Assembly: GCF_054482525.1 (NCBI RefSeq)
Contig: NZ_CM137006.1
DNA: 64,000 nucleotides
Reading direction: 5' to 3' (one strand)
The notes under the pieces are model-generated. The model did no database searches. It had not been told where the DNA came from and saw nothing but the letters and a program-made list of their open reading frames with translations. Both the position numbers and the translations under genes were made by a program. This document shows, piece by piece, positions 30,501 through 39,432 of the stretch. Each line of letters starts with the position of its first letter. Position 1 is the stretch's first letter.

Positions 30501-31113
30501 CGTGCTCAGCGAGTTCATATTGCTCAGGATTTTTAATCCAGTCGCCGGCAACGTTCTTCAGCAGCCTCTCTGAATCATCCAGATATTGATGCCACTCCTG
30601 CTGCAAGGCTGCATATCGTGCTTCCCGTTCTTCATCCGTTTCGGCAGTCTTATCAATGCTGTCATCAAAGTTGATAGAGAACGAGGTATGGATTGTCTTG
30701 TATTTGTCATACTGCCCAATCTCACCAATCGAAAATGCTCCTTTTGGCAAAGGTTCAAGCAGGTCTCTGGGAATGGAGGTCGCTGGCGTCGGATATAAAA
30801 AACCCTCACGGCTGAGCAAGGCTGGCGTCACTAGCGGGGTAACAATATCAGGTGCGCCTGCGGAACGGTCCTTACCATGCTGCAGTAACCGAAAATAAAC
30901 TTTTGGGCGCAAGACGACATCGACCGTTTCGACATCGTCTTTTTCTCCCTCAAAAAATTTACTGACAATCGCTTCGTCAAGACGTCCCGCCGCTATCCCA
31001 TGCCAGTGAGTGAAATTTTTGGCGTCTTTCCGTTCAAAACTGCCCTTTCCTGACTCAGCATCCGCAAGCGAGTTGCGCCAGTATGAGGCAAACCCTAAAG
31101 CATTTTCATCCAT
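27598..31113 (-). CDS. SF1 (DNA2/NAM7/COG1112-like) helicase with C-terminal PLD-family nuclease domain; type II Mokosh-like architecture
   Basis: Walker [10 protein letters not shown]; LIVDEAGQV; [17 protein letters not shown]-terminal single HKD motif HSKIVIGD plus GSFNW. 1171 aa. Confidence 0.85.
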   Translation of the reverse strand: MDENALGFASYWRNSLADAESGKGSFERKDAKNFTHWHGIAAGRLDEAIVSKFFEGEKDDVETVDVVLRPKVYFRLLQHGKDRSAGAPDIVTPLVTPALLSREGFLYPTPATSIPRDLLEPLPKGAFSIGEIGQYDKYKTIHTSFSINFDDSIDKTAETDEEREARYAALQQEWHQYLDDSERLLKNVAGDWIKNPEQYELAEHGYIVKTAQSGGASFHILSLYDHLLVCKKDVPLFNRFASREVHAAESLLAPGAKFSDRLGHSGDKFPLAKAQRDALSHFLDARHGDILAVNGPPGTGKTTLVLSIIATQWARAALEKSEPPVIIATSTNNQAVTNIIEAFGKDFSQGSGAMAGRWLPELKSFGAYFPSSTRKAEAAKKYQTEDFFNQVESKEYVEDALLFYLEKAKAAFPEKECSSPEKVIELLHGQLAAKSEQLIRLNATWQTLSQVRAARELIANDIEQYLDNLNKLLSGQEQKVTLLKSAKTEWKKYRAGESLIYSLFSWLPAVRSKRQYQIQLFLEDKLGALIAGNQWSDPETIERNIDGLLNSAEREQTTYRQQIDSAHEIVLKEQQAVQEWQRLAFDLGYEGDEELSFSQADELADTQIRFPAFLLTTHYWEGRWLMDMARIDDLQEEKKKKGAKGVTARWQRRMKLTPCVVMTCYMLPGNMQISEHKGQRKFEKSYLYDFADLLIVDEAGQVLPEVAAASFALAKKALVIGDTEQIPPIWSIAPAIDVGNMLAEKILSGSTQEEITEKYTAIADLGKSAASGSVMKIAQFASRYQYDPELARGMYLYEHRRCFDNIIGYCNTLCYHGKLLPKRGREESNLMPAMGYLHIDGKGELASSGSRYNLLEAETIAAWLAENQQNIEAHYGKSLHEVVGIVTPFSAQVSTIKQALGKQGISTGANEKSLTVGTVHSLQGAERAIVIFSPVYSKHEDGGFIDSDNSMLNVAVSRAKDSFLVFGDMDLFEIQPPSSPRGLLAKYLFESEKNALSFDYKERKDLKTSETKIYTLHGVEQHDNFLNQTFENTDKHITIVSPWLTWQKLEQTGFLDSMIAACSRGINVTIVTDRSYNTEHKDFEKRKEKQQNLKAALEKLNALGIATKLVNRVHSKIVIGDDGLLCVGSFNWFSATREARYERYDTSMVYSGDNLKGEIEAIYNSLERRQV

Positions 31114-31438
31114 TACCAGTCCTATGACTCAATGAAATCCATTGATTTATCGAATATAAAATCACCGTATGGATAACTATTGTCCACGTTGCAAGGCTGG
31201 CTGCAATGTTTTGTTCACGCTTCGATACAAATACTCAGGTTATACGGAGTTCAGAAAACGACCATATCATGTTGCATGGCACATAAAAGCTTTATAACCG
31301 AAGCAGCAAAGGATTACCGGCTGCGCAGCACGCCCCGAAAGCCCGTGAGCCCTGCTGGACAGCGTTCAGTGCAATATTGGAGCCTGTAAGTTCAGAAAAT
31401 ATCGCTGTCGAAGATGGTTCTGTATGTAGGCGCGCCAG

Positions 31439-31816
31439 CTATCGTTTTGTCCGATGCTTGCGAATAAAAGCATTCAAAATGTCGCCTTCACCATGCATGA
31501 CAGAAAAAGAATATTCACATTCTTTCTTTATCAAGATTCCACATAATTCCTTGTGCAAATCAACATTAACTCCCTTTCCTTTCTGCGCTTTCTTCACACC
31601 GAGCTCACATGAACTGATTAATTCAACGGTACAGGGTTTCTTCAGATAATTCACACCATCAATTAAGCCCTGGAGAATGCATCTATTTGCGGTCGTATCA
31701 CTGTAGGAGAAAGTCAGATATTTTATTTTTCCTTCGTATTCCAACACAACCTCCGCCGAACCTTCACGTGTTGCAGCATCACAACCTCCTGTTGAATATA
31801 TTTTTACCATCTTCAT
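31439..31816 (-). CDS. Small RNase H-fold protein with degenerate active site
   Basis: Aligns by eye to E. coli RNase HI: VKIYSTGGC / VEIFTDGSC, TTANRCIL / TTNNRMEL, CTVELISSC / CEVILSTDS, VNVDLHKEL / VNVDLWQRL. D10, E48 and D70 equivalents are T, I and S. Confidence 0.65.
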   Translation of the reverse strand: MKMVKIYSTGGCDAATREGSAEVVLEYEGKIKYLTFSYSDTTANRCILQGLIDGVNYLKKPCTVELISSCELGVKKAQKGKGVNVDLHKELCGILIKKECEYSFSVMHGEGDILNAFIRKHRTKR

Positions 31817-31884
31817 TTTGTAACTTTCCCCTTACCAAACGAATCGCGACATCCTATATCAAAGGCATTCTCGTCAAAACTTAA

Positions 31885-32664
31885 TTATCTCAGTAAATTC
31901 TTCCGATGCCACTCCAGATAACAATACGATTCAACAGAAAACGCCTTTATTTTCTCCGGCAACAAACATTGCTCTTTAACGCTAATATCCAGCGCCTTAC
32001 TAATTAATAAATGCCCATCGTTCTCAAACGAAATCCATCCCTGATCGAATAGAATATCAATATGCGCAGCCAATATAATTCCATTAAAAGGATCAAGCCG
32101 TTCATTCCCATTCTCGCAGGCAGCCCACGGCTTTATATGGCTGGTACGCAGTAAAGGTGCAAACGTCGTTCCCGTAACAGGACATGCCGGATACAACATA
32201 AGACAATTTTTCCGAAAGGTACCTTGCCCCAGCCGTGCCGCAATCAGCTGCTCGCGTACGGTATCTTCAATACTTTTATCCTGCTGAATAGCAAGACAGT
32301 CACGTTGTGCCTGTTCATCTCCAGCAGAAGATATTAACGAAAGAACGCGCTGCTCAATCGCACTGTCTGAAAGCACACTCATTCGCTGATACACACGCTG
32401 CGCTGAATGAGAAAGCGCAGCAGGAGCGCCCTGCTCGTCAAGCCAGCCGACACGCACATCACTAAGCCAGGAATCAAAACGGTCACGACTATTTTTCAGA
32501 CTATTGTGAAACTCGCTGGCAGTTTTGCCCGCTCCAAATCGAGGATAAAACAAGGCAAAAGCCTCTTTCCATTTCTGAACACCCAGTCCTGCGGGTGGTT
32601 GAGATTTTCCGTACTTCGACAAATACCACGCCACTTCAAGCAAATCGTCTTCAGAGCTATTCAA
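31885..32664 (-). CDS. HNH_2-family endonuclease with N-terminal uncharacterised domain
   Basis: CPVTG...SHIKPW...NGIILAAHIDILFDQGWISF is typical of the PF13391-type HNH. Apparent TTG start preceded by an AGGA Shine-Dalgarno. Confidence 0.75.
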   Translation of the reverse strand: MNSSEDDLLEVAWYLSKYGKSQPPAGLGVQKWKEAFALFYPRFGAGKTASEFHNSLKNSRDRFDSWLSDVRVGWLDEQGAPAALSHSAQRVYQRMSVLSDSAIEQRVLSLISSAGDEQAQRDCLAIQQDKSIEDTVREQLIAARLGQGTFRKNCLMLYPACPVTGTTFAPLLRTSHIKPWAACENGNERLDPFNGIILAAHIDILFDQGWISFENDGHLLISKALDISVKEQCLLPEKIKAFSVESYCYLEWHRKNLLR

Positions 32665-32965
32665 TATTACGTCCTGTTTTTGCAGAGTAAATTATCACCA
32701 GATTATATCTGAAAAGATCGTTTACTAAACTGATCTGCTTACCTGCAAAACGGTACTGCAAACGCTAATACTCAGAACCATTAAGAGGAACAAGCAGGTG
32801 CATTCCGCTGCCATCGGTCAGTTTGTATTGCTTATCCCCTGCCTCTAGGTACAAGCATTTTCGAAACGGAAATACCATTATCTGTTGGTAGATGTACGTT
32901 GAAGTTGGTTCACCTGGAGAGAGTTAATATAGCGGGAAAGGTAGGTAAATACTGGATTTCAGGTA

Positions 32966-32990
32966 TAAAAAAAGACCTCAGTTGAGGTCT
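32966..32990 (-). terminator. leuX rho-independent terminator
   Basis: agacctca-gt-tgaggtct stem followed, on the minus strand, by a T-run. Confidence 0.8.
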
Positions 32991-33003
32991 ATTTACATAC
33001 TTT

Positions 33004-33088
33004 TGGTGCCGAAGGCCGGACTCGAACCGGCACGTATTTCTACGGTTGATTTTGAATCAACTGCGTCTACCGATTTCGCCACTTCGGC
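33004..33088 (-). tRNA. leuX: tRNA-Leu (anticodon CAA)
   Basis: Reverse complement reads GCCGAAGTGGCGAAATCGGTAGACGCAGTTGATTCAAAATCAACCGTAGAAATACGTGCCGGTTCGAGTCCGGCCTTCGGCACCA. Cloverleaf with long variable arm; CAA in the anticodon loop. Confidence 0.97.
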
Positions 33089-33283
33089 ACTGAAGAGGTA
33101 TGCGGAAAACGTTGTGGATTATACCTGTCGCACGCCACCATGCAAGCGCCAGCTTGCTCCCACTTCGCTAAGTGCTGAAATTTTCAGCATTGCATACAGC
33201 GATGTGTAACCTTTGTCACACTCCAGGCACCCCGCCCTGCCATGCTCTACACTTCCCAGACAACACCAGAGAAGGACCAAAAA

Positions 33284-34303
33284 ATGTCGATGATAAAAAG
33301 CTATGCCGCAAAAGAAGCTGGCGGCGAACTGGAACTTTATGAGTACGATCCCGGTGAACTGAAGCCACAAGATGTTGAAGTGCAAGTGGATTACTGCGGG
33401 ATCTGCCATTCCGATCTGTCGATGATCGACAACGAATGGGGATTTTCACAATATCCGCTGGTTGCCGGGCATGAGGTGATTGGGCGCGTGGTGGCACTAG
33501 GGAGCGCCGCGCAGGATAAAGGTTTGCAGGTCGGTCAGCGTGTCGGGATTGGCTGGACGGCGCGTAGCTGTGGTCACTGCGATGCCTGTATTAGCGGTAA
33601 TCAGATCAACTGCGAGCAAGGCGCGGTGCCAACAATTATGAATCGCGGCGGCTTTGCCGAGAAGTTGCGTGCGGACTGGCAATGGGTGATTCCGCTGCCA
33701 GAAAATATTGATATCGAGTCTGCCGGACCGCTGTTGTGCGGCGGTATCACGGTCTTTAAGCCACTGTTGATGCACCATATCACTGCCACCAGCCGCGTCG
33801 GCGTGATTGGTATTGGCGGGCTGGGGCATATCGCTATAAAACTTCTGCACGCAATGGGATGCGAGGTGACAGCCTTTAGTTCAAATCCGGCGAAAGAGCA
33901 GGAAGTACTGGCGATGGATGCCGATAAAGTGGTGAATAGCCGCGATCCGCAGGCACTGAAAACTCTGGCGGGGCAGTTTGATCTCATTATCAATACTGTG
34001 AACGTCAGCCTCGACTGGCAGCCTTATTTTGAGGCGCTGACGTATGGCGGTAATTTCCACACCGTCGGTGCGGTTCTCACGCCGTTGCCGGTTCCGGCCT
34101 TTACGCTGATTGCGGGCGATCGCAGTGTCTCTGGCTCTGCTACCGGTACACCTTATGAGTTGCGTAAGCTGATGCGCTTTGCCGCCCGCAGCAAGGTTGC
34201 GCCGACTACCGAACTGTTCCCGATGTCGAAAATTAACGACGCCATCCAGCATGTGCGCGACGGTAAGGCGCGTTACCGCGTGGTGTTGAAAGCCGATTTT
34301 TGA
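33284..34303 (+). CDS. ahr: NADPH-dependent aldehyde reductase Ahr (YjgB), Zn-ADH family
   Basis: [17 protein letters not shown]...GHEVIGRV; 339 aa; synteny next to leuX. Confidence 0.93.
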   Translation: MSMIKSYAAKEAGGELELYEYDPGELKPQDVEVQVDYCGICHSDLSMIDNEWGFSQYPLVAGHEVIGRVVALGSAAQDKGLQVGQRVGIGWTARSCGHCDACISGNQINCEQGAVPTIMNRGGFAEKLRADWQWVIPLPENIDIESAGPLLCGGITVFKPLLMHHITATSRVGVIGIGGLGHIAIKLLHAMGCEVTAFSSNPAKEQEVLAMDADKVVNSRDPQALKTLAGQFDLIINTVNVSLDWQPYFEALTYGGNFHTVGAVLTPLPVPAFTLIAGDRSVSGSATGTPYELRKLMRFAARSKVAPTTELFPMSKINDAIQHVRDGKARYRVVLKADF

Positions 34304-34306
34304 AAA

Positions 34307-34870
34307 TCATTCGCAGCGCTGATCTGAGGCGCTGCCCTCTTTCGCACATATTCTGTTTTGTCGTATCGCCAGCACAGCCTGCCGACATTGTTCGGTGACA
34401 TTGGCAATATCATGGTTGATATCAATGCGCACAATATCCTGTTCATCTGCTTGTGGACGCTCCAGCGCCTCAAACTGACTTTTTAGTAACGCTACCGGCA
34501 TAAAATGCCCAGCCCGACGCTGCATTCGCGCGAGAATAGTTTCATAGTCGCCATCTAACCAGAGGAAATGAACATGGGGGCTACCCTTGCGTAAAATATC
34601 ACGATACTGTTTTTTTAATGATGAACAGACAATAAATCCTGTTTCATTCTTTTTATAAAGACTGTATGAAGCATCATTTAAGCGTTCCAGCCAGGGAAGT
34701 CGATCTTCATCAGATAATGGAATACCCTGCGACATTTTATCTATATTTTTGGCTGGATGAAGATCGTCACCATCAATAAATTTAGCAGATAATAACGCGG
34801 CAACCTTGCTACCAATTAATGTTTTACCACTCCCTGAAACGCCCATCAAAATAAAGCTTTCACCCGCCAT
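34307..34870 (-). CDS. idnK: Thermosensitive gluconokinase IdnK (GntV)
   Basis: 187 aa; P-loop GVSGSGKT; synteny. Confidence 0.93.
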   Translation of the reverse strand: MAGESFILMGVSGSGKTLIGSKVAALLSAKFIDGDDLHPAKNIDKMSQGIPLSDEDRLPWLERLNDASYSLYKKNETGFIVCSSLKKQYRDILRKGSPHVHFLWLDGDYETILARMQRRAGHFMPVALLKSQFEALERPQADEQDIVRIDINHDIANVTEQCRQAVLAIRQNRICAKEGSASDQRCE

Positions 34871-34972
34871 TTAAAATCTCCTGAATCATCTTACCTGCTG
34901 CGATACTACGCCTGGTGGCATAATAATTTCACGTTTTTTTATTTCTGCTGATAAGAATTACAAAGCACATCA

Positions 34973-34988
34973 CGTTATGCGTAACATA
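34973..34988. promoter_or_regulatory. Putative IdnR/GntR operator in the idnK-idnD divergent promoter region
   Basis: acgttatgcgtaacat is close to the ATGTTA-N4-TAACAT palindrome consensus. Confidence 0.55.
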
Positions 34989-35086
34989 GTAATGTAACAA
35001 TTTTCTAACGTGATCTTCATCACAAATAATGACAATTAAAACCGCTTAAATGCTTCCGAGGTGTCTACCTGACCAGTGAGGAATTT

Positions 35087-36118
35087 ATGCAAGTGAAAAC
35101 ACAGTCCTGCGTTGTTGCAGGCAAGAAAACTGTTGCCGTTACCGAGCAGACGATAGATTGGAATAATAATGGAACATTAGTACAAATAACCCGAGGTGGA
35201 ATTTGCGGTTCCGATTTACATTATTATCAGGAAGGAAAAGTAGGTAATTTCATGATAAAGGCACCGATGGTGTTAGGTCATGAAGTTATCGGTAAAGTTA
35301 TTCATAGCGACTCATCAAAATTACATGAAGGGCAAACGGTAGCCATTAATCCGTCTAAACCGTGCGGTCACTGCAAATACTGCATTGAACATAACGAGAA
35401 TCAGTGTACAGAGATGCGTTTTTTTGGCAGTGCCATGTATTTCCCTCATGTTGATGGTGGCTTTACCCGTTATAAAATGGTCGAAACGTCGCAATGTGTC
35501 CCTTATCCGGCCAAAGCTGACGAAAAGGTTATGGCTTTTGCCGAACCTTTAGCCGTCGCGATTCATGCCGCACATCAGGCCGGCGAGTTACAGGGCAAGC
35601 GAGTATTTATTTCTGGTGTTGGGCCCATTGGTTGCCTGATTGTCAGTGCTGTGAAAACACTGGGGGCCGCGGAAATTGTCTGTGCCGATGTGAGTCCCCG
35701 TTCCCTTTCGCTGGGCAAAGAGATGGGGGCGGATGTGCTCGTAAACCCACAAAACGACGACATGGATCACTGGAAAGCGGAAAAAGGCTATTTCGATGTC
35801 AGCTTTGAAGTGTCCGGTCATCCTTCATCAGTGAATACCTGTCTGGAGGTCACTCGTGCACGCGGCGTAATGGTGCAGGTAGGTATGGGAGGCGCGATGG
35901 CAGAATTCCCAATGATGACATTGATTGGTAAGGAGATTTCACTCAAAGGCTCTTTCCGTTTTACCAGCGAATTTAATACCGCAGTGTCATGGCTGGCGAA
36001 TGGCGTTATCAATCCACTGCCTTTACTGAGTGCTGAATATCCCTTCACTGACCTGGAAGAGGCGCTACGTTTCGCCGGTGATAAAACCCAGGCAGCAAAA
36101 GTCCAGCTTGTTTTCTAA
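35087..36118 (+). CDS. idnD: L-idonate 5-dehydrogenase IdnD
   Basis: 343 aa, Zn-dependent dehydrogenase; synteny. Confidence 0.93.
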   Translation: MQVKTQSCVVAGKKTVAVTEQTIDWNNNGTLVQITRGGICGSDLHYYQEGKVGNFMIKAPMVLGHEVIGKVIHSDSSKLHEGQTVAINPSKPCGHCKYCIEHNENQCTEMRFFGSAMYFPHVDGGFTRYKMVETSQCVPYPAKADEKVMAFAEPLAVAIHAAHQAGELQGKRVFISGVGPIGCLIVSAVKTLGAAEIVCADVSPRSLSLGKEMGADVLVNPQNDDMDHWKAEKGYFDVSFEVSGHPSSVNTCLEVTRARGVMVQVGMGGAMAEFPMMTLIGKEISLKGSFRFTSEFNTAVSWLANGVINPLPLLSAEYPFTDLEEALRFAGDKTQAAKVQLVF

Positions 36119-36141
36119 GAGATAAATAAAGGAATAATACA

Positions 36142-36906
36142 ATGAACGATCTATTTTCACTGGCAGGAAAAAATATCTTGATTACCGGTTCAGCACAGGG
36201 CATTGGCTTTTTACTGGCAACCGGCCTGGGTAAATATGGCGCACAAATAATTATTAATGATATTACTGCCGAACGCGCAGAACTTGCTGTAGAAAAACTC
36301 CACCAGGAGGGTATTCAGGCCGTTGCCGCACCTTTTAATGTTACTCATAAACATGAAATTGATGCCGCCGTTGAACATATCGAAAAGAACATCGGCCCCA
36401 TTGATGTGCTGGTGAATAACGCCGGTATCCAGCGCCGTCATCCTTTTACTGAGTTCCCTGAACAAGAGTGGAATGATGTGATCGCAGTAAACCAGACCGC
36501 CGTGTTCCTGGTATCGCAAGCGGTAACTCGTCACATGGTTGAACGCAAGGCAGGTAAAGTTATTAATATTTGCTCGATGCAAAGCGAACTGGGACGTGAC
36601 ACCATCACCCCTTATGCCGCATCGAAAGGGGCGGTAAAAATGCTCACCCGCGGCATGTGCGTCGAGCTGGCGCGCCACAATATTCAGGTCAACGGTATTG
36701 CGCCGGGCTATTTCAAAACAGAAATGACTAAAGCACTGGTTGAGGACGAAGCCTTCACCGCCTGGTTGTGCAAACGGACCCCCGCCGCACGCTGGGGAGA
36801 TCCGCAGGAACTGATTGGTGCTGCGGTGTTCCTTTCTTCAAAAGCCTCTGATTTCGTAAACGGCCACCTGTTGTTTGTTGATGGCGGCATGTTAGTGGCT
36901 GTTTAA
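36142..36906 (+). CDS. idnO: 5-keto-D-gluconate 5-reductase IdnO (SDR)
   Basis: 254 aa; TGSAQGIG and YAASKGAV SDR motifs. Confidence 0.93.
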   Translation: MNDLFSLAGKNILITGSAQGIGFLLATGLGKYGAQIIINDITAERAELAVEKLHQEGIQAVAAPFNVTHKHEIDAAVEHIEKNIGPIDVLVNNAGIQRRHPFTEFPEQEWNDVIAVNQTAVFLVSQAVTRHMVERKAGKVINICSMQSELGRDTITPYAASKGAVKMLTRGMCVELARHNIQVNGIAPGYFKTEMTKALVEDEAFTAWLCKRTPAARWGDPQELIGAAVFLSSKASDFVNGHLLFVDGGMLVAV

Positions 36907-36970
36907 CAGCCACCATCCTACGTGCAGCGCGAAAGCGCTGCTTTTCTGGCACTAATAAGAGATAAAGACT

Positions 36971-38290
36971 ATGCCATTAATCATTATTGCGGCAGGCGTC
37001 GCGCTGCTTCTTATCCTGATGATCGGCTTTAAAGTTAACGGCTTTATTGCCCTCGTTCTGGTAGCTGCCGTCGTCGGATTTGCCGAAGGGATGGATGCAC
37101 AGGCCGTCCTGCACTCTATACAAAATGGTATCGGCAGCACGCTCGGCGGGCTGGCAATGATCCTCGGTTTCGGGGCCATGTTAGGCAAGCTGATTTCTGA
37201 TACGGGCGCGGCACAACGTATCGCCACTACGCTGATTGCTACTTTTGGTAAAAAACGCGTGCAATGGGCGCTAGTGATCACCGGTCTGGTTGTGGGCCTC
37301 GCCATGTTTTTTGAAGTGGGTTTTGTCCTGCTGTTGCCGTTGGTATTTACCATCGTAGCATCATCAGGATTACCCCTGTTGTATGTTGGCGTACCAATGG
37401 TAGCAGCGCTCTCTGTAACCCACTGTTTTCTGCCGCCACATCCAGGGCCTACTGCCATCGCGACTATCTTTGAGGCTAATCTCGGAACGACTTTACTGTA
37501 TGGATTTATCATTACCATTCCGACAGTTATTGTCGCAGGACCGCTGTTTTCTAAACTGCTAACTCGCTTTGAGAAAGCACCACCGGAAGGCTTATTTAAT
37601 CCTCATCTGTTTAGCGAAGAGGAGATGCCCTCCTTCTGGAACAGTATTTTCGCTGCCGTGATCCCGGTCATCCTGATGGCTATCGCCGCCGTTTGTGAAA
37701 TTACGTTACCGAAAACTAACACCGTGCGCCTCTTCTTTGAATTTGTCGGTAACCCTGCCGTTGCGCTGTTTATTGCCATTGTTATTGCGATTTTCACACT
37801 GGGCCGACGTAATGGACGCACCATCGAGCAAATCATGGATATCATTGGGGATTCTATAGGCGCTATCGCGATGATTGTGTTTATTATCGCTGGCGGCGGC
37901 GCGTTTAAGCAGGTATTAGTAGATAGCGGTGTCGGGCAGTATATTTCACACTTAATGACCGGAACTACACTTTCGCCGTTATTGATGTGCTGGACTGTTG
38001 CGGCGCTGTTGCGTATCGCTCTGGGCTCTGCCACCGTCGCGGCCATTACCACCGCGGGTGTGGTGTTGCCGATTATCAACGTTACCCATGCCGATCCCGC
38101 TTTAATGGTACTGGCAACCGGTGCGGGCAGCGTGATCGCGTCACACGTAAACGACCCTGGCTTCTGGCTATTTAAAGGGTATTTTAATCTGACGGTTGGT
38201 GAAACGTTGCGTACCTGGACGGTGATGGAAACCCTTATTTCTATTATGGGTTTGCTGGGCGTGTTAGCCATTAACGCCGTATTGCACTGA
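36971..38290 (+). CDS. idnT: L-idonate/5-ketogluconate/gluconate transporter IdnT (GntP family)
   Basis: 439 aa, polytopic membrane protein; synteny. Confidence 0.93.
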   Translation: MPLIIIAAGVALLLILMIGFKVNGFIALVLVAAVVGFAEGMDAQAVLHSIQNGIGSTLGGLAMILGFGAMLGKLISDTGAAQRIATTLIATFGKKRVQWALVITGLVVGLAMFFEVGFVLLLPLVFTIVASSGLPLLYVGVPMVAALSVTHCFLPPHPGPTAIATIFEANLGTTLLYGFIITIPTVIVAGPLFSKLLTRFEKAPPEGLFNPHLFSEEEMPSFWNSIFAAVIPVILMAIAAVCEITLPKTNTVRLFFEFVGNPAVALFIAIVIAIFTLGRRNGRTIEQIMDIIGDSIGAIAMIVFIIAGGGAFKQVLVDSGVGQYISHLMTGTTLSPLLMCWTVAALLRIALGSATVAAITTAGVVLPIINVTHADPALMVLATGAGSVIASHVNDPGFWLFKGYFNLTVGETLRTWTVMETLISIMGLLGVLAINAVLH

Positions 38291-38356
38291 AAGAATAAAA
38301 TATTGTGATGTAGTTTCGGGGGAAGATTGAAGATTCCCCCGACGTTGGGAGAAGTT

Positions 38357-39355
38357 ATGCGCAATCACAGAATTTCTTTACAGGATATCGCTACGCTGGC
38401 TGGCGTAACAAAAATGACCGTGAGTCGTTATATCCGCTCGCCGAAAAAGGTGGCAAAGGAAACAGGCGAGCGCATCGCCAAAATTATGGAAGAGATCAAT
38501 TATATCCCTAATCGCGCTCCCGGCATGTTGTTGAATGCACAAAGTTATACCCTCGGTATCTTGATTCCGTCATTTCAAAATCAACTCTTCGCTGACATTC
38601 TCGCGGGAATAGAATCCGTCACCTCTGAGCATAATTATCAGACCCTTATTGCTAATTACAATTACGATCGCGATTCCGAAGAAGAGTCGGTGATTAACCT
38701 GCTCTCTTATAACATTGACGGGATTATACTTTCGGAAAAATATCACACCATCAGGACGGTGAAATTTCTGCGTTCAGCCACCATTCCGGTCGTGGAATTG
38801 ATGGATGTACAGGGAGAACGGCTGGATATGGAGGTCGGTTTTGATAATCGGCAGGCCGCTTTTGACATGGTGTGTACCATGCTGGAGAAGCGAGTCAGGC
38901 ACAAAATTCTGTATCTCGGTTCCAAAGATGACACCCGCGATGAACAGCGTTATCAGGGGTATTGCGATGCGATGATGCTGCATAATCTTTCCCCATTACG
39001 CATGAATCCACGCGCCATCTCATCCATTCATTTAGGAATGCAGTTAATGCGTGATGCCCTTAGCGCAAACCCGGATTTAGACGGTGTATTTTGCACCAAT
39101 GACGATATTGCGATGGGTGCGCTTCTGCTGTGCCGCGAGCGAAACCTCGCCGTGCCAGAACAAATTTCCATTGCGGGTTTTCATGGGCTGGAGATTGGCA
39201 GGCAAATGATCCCAAGCCTCGCCAGCGTAATTACTCCCCGTTTTGATATTGGTCGGATGGCCGCCCAAATGTTGCTGAGCAAAATTAAAAATAACGATCA
39301 CAACCACAACACTGTTGACCTCGGGTATCAGATTTATCACGGCAACACGCTTTAG
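38357..39355 (+). CDS. idnR: LacI-family regulator IdnR
   Basis: [29 protein letters not shown]; 332 aa from the internal start. Confidence 0.92.
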   Translation: MRNHRISLQDIATLAGVTKMTVSRYIRSPKKVAKETGERIAKIMEEINYIPNRAPGMLLNAQSYTLGILIPSFQNQLFADILAGIESVTSEHNYQTLIANYNYDRDSEEESVINLLSYNIDGIILSEKYHTIRTVKFLRSATIPVVELMDVQGERLDMEVGFDNRQAAFDMVCTMLEKRVRHKILYLGSKDDTRDEQRYQGYCDAMMLHNLSPLRMNPRAISSIHLGMQLMRDALSANPDLDGVFCTNDDIAMGALLLCRERNLAVPEQISIAGFHGLEIGRQMIPSLASVITPRFDIGRMAAQMLLSKIKNNDHNHNTVDLGYQIYHGNTL

Positions 39356-39432
39356 GTTATTTTCTCTTCATTACACGTATTCTCTTTGCCGGACGTTGCC
39401 TATACTCCAGGCAGGAAACTGGAGGATATCTC

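Noticed and set aside
31180-31649. 69-aa and 90-aa plus-strand ORFs near the helicase upstream region
   Set aside because: One lies in the non-coding gap and the other is antisense to the RNase H-like gene. No RBS or motifs; composition looks random.
33119-33497. 96-aa and 93-aa minus-strand ORFs, plus the 75-aa + ORF at 32982-33209, around leuX
   Set aside because: They overlap the tRNA gene or the ahr promoter and 5' end; these are spurious frames.
36952-38364. 188-aa and 253-aa minus-strand ORFs across idnT
   Set aside because: They are antisense to the intact 439-aa GntP-family transporter, have no recognisable motifs, and show shadow-ORF composition.
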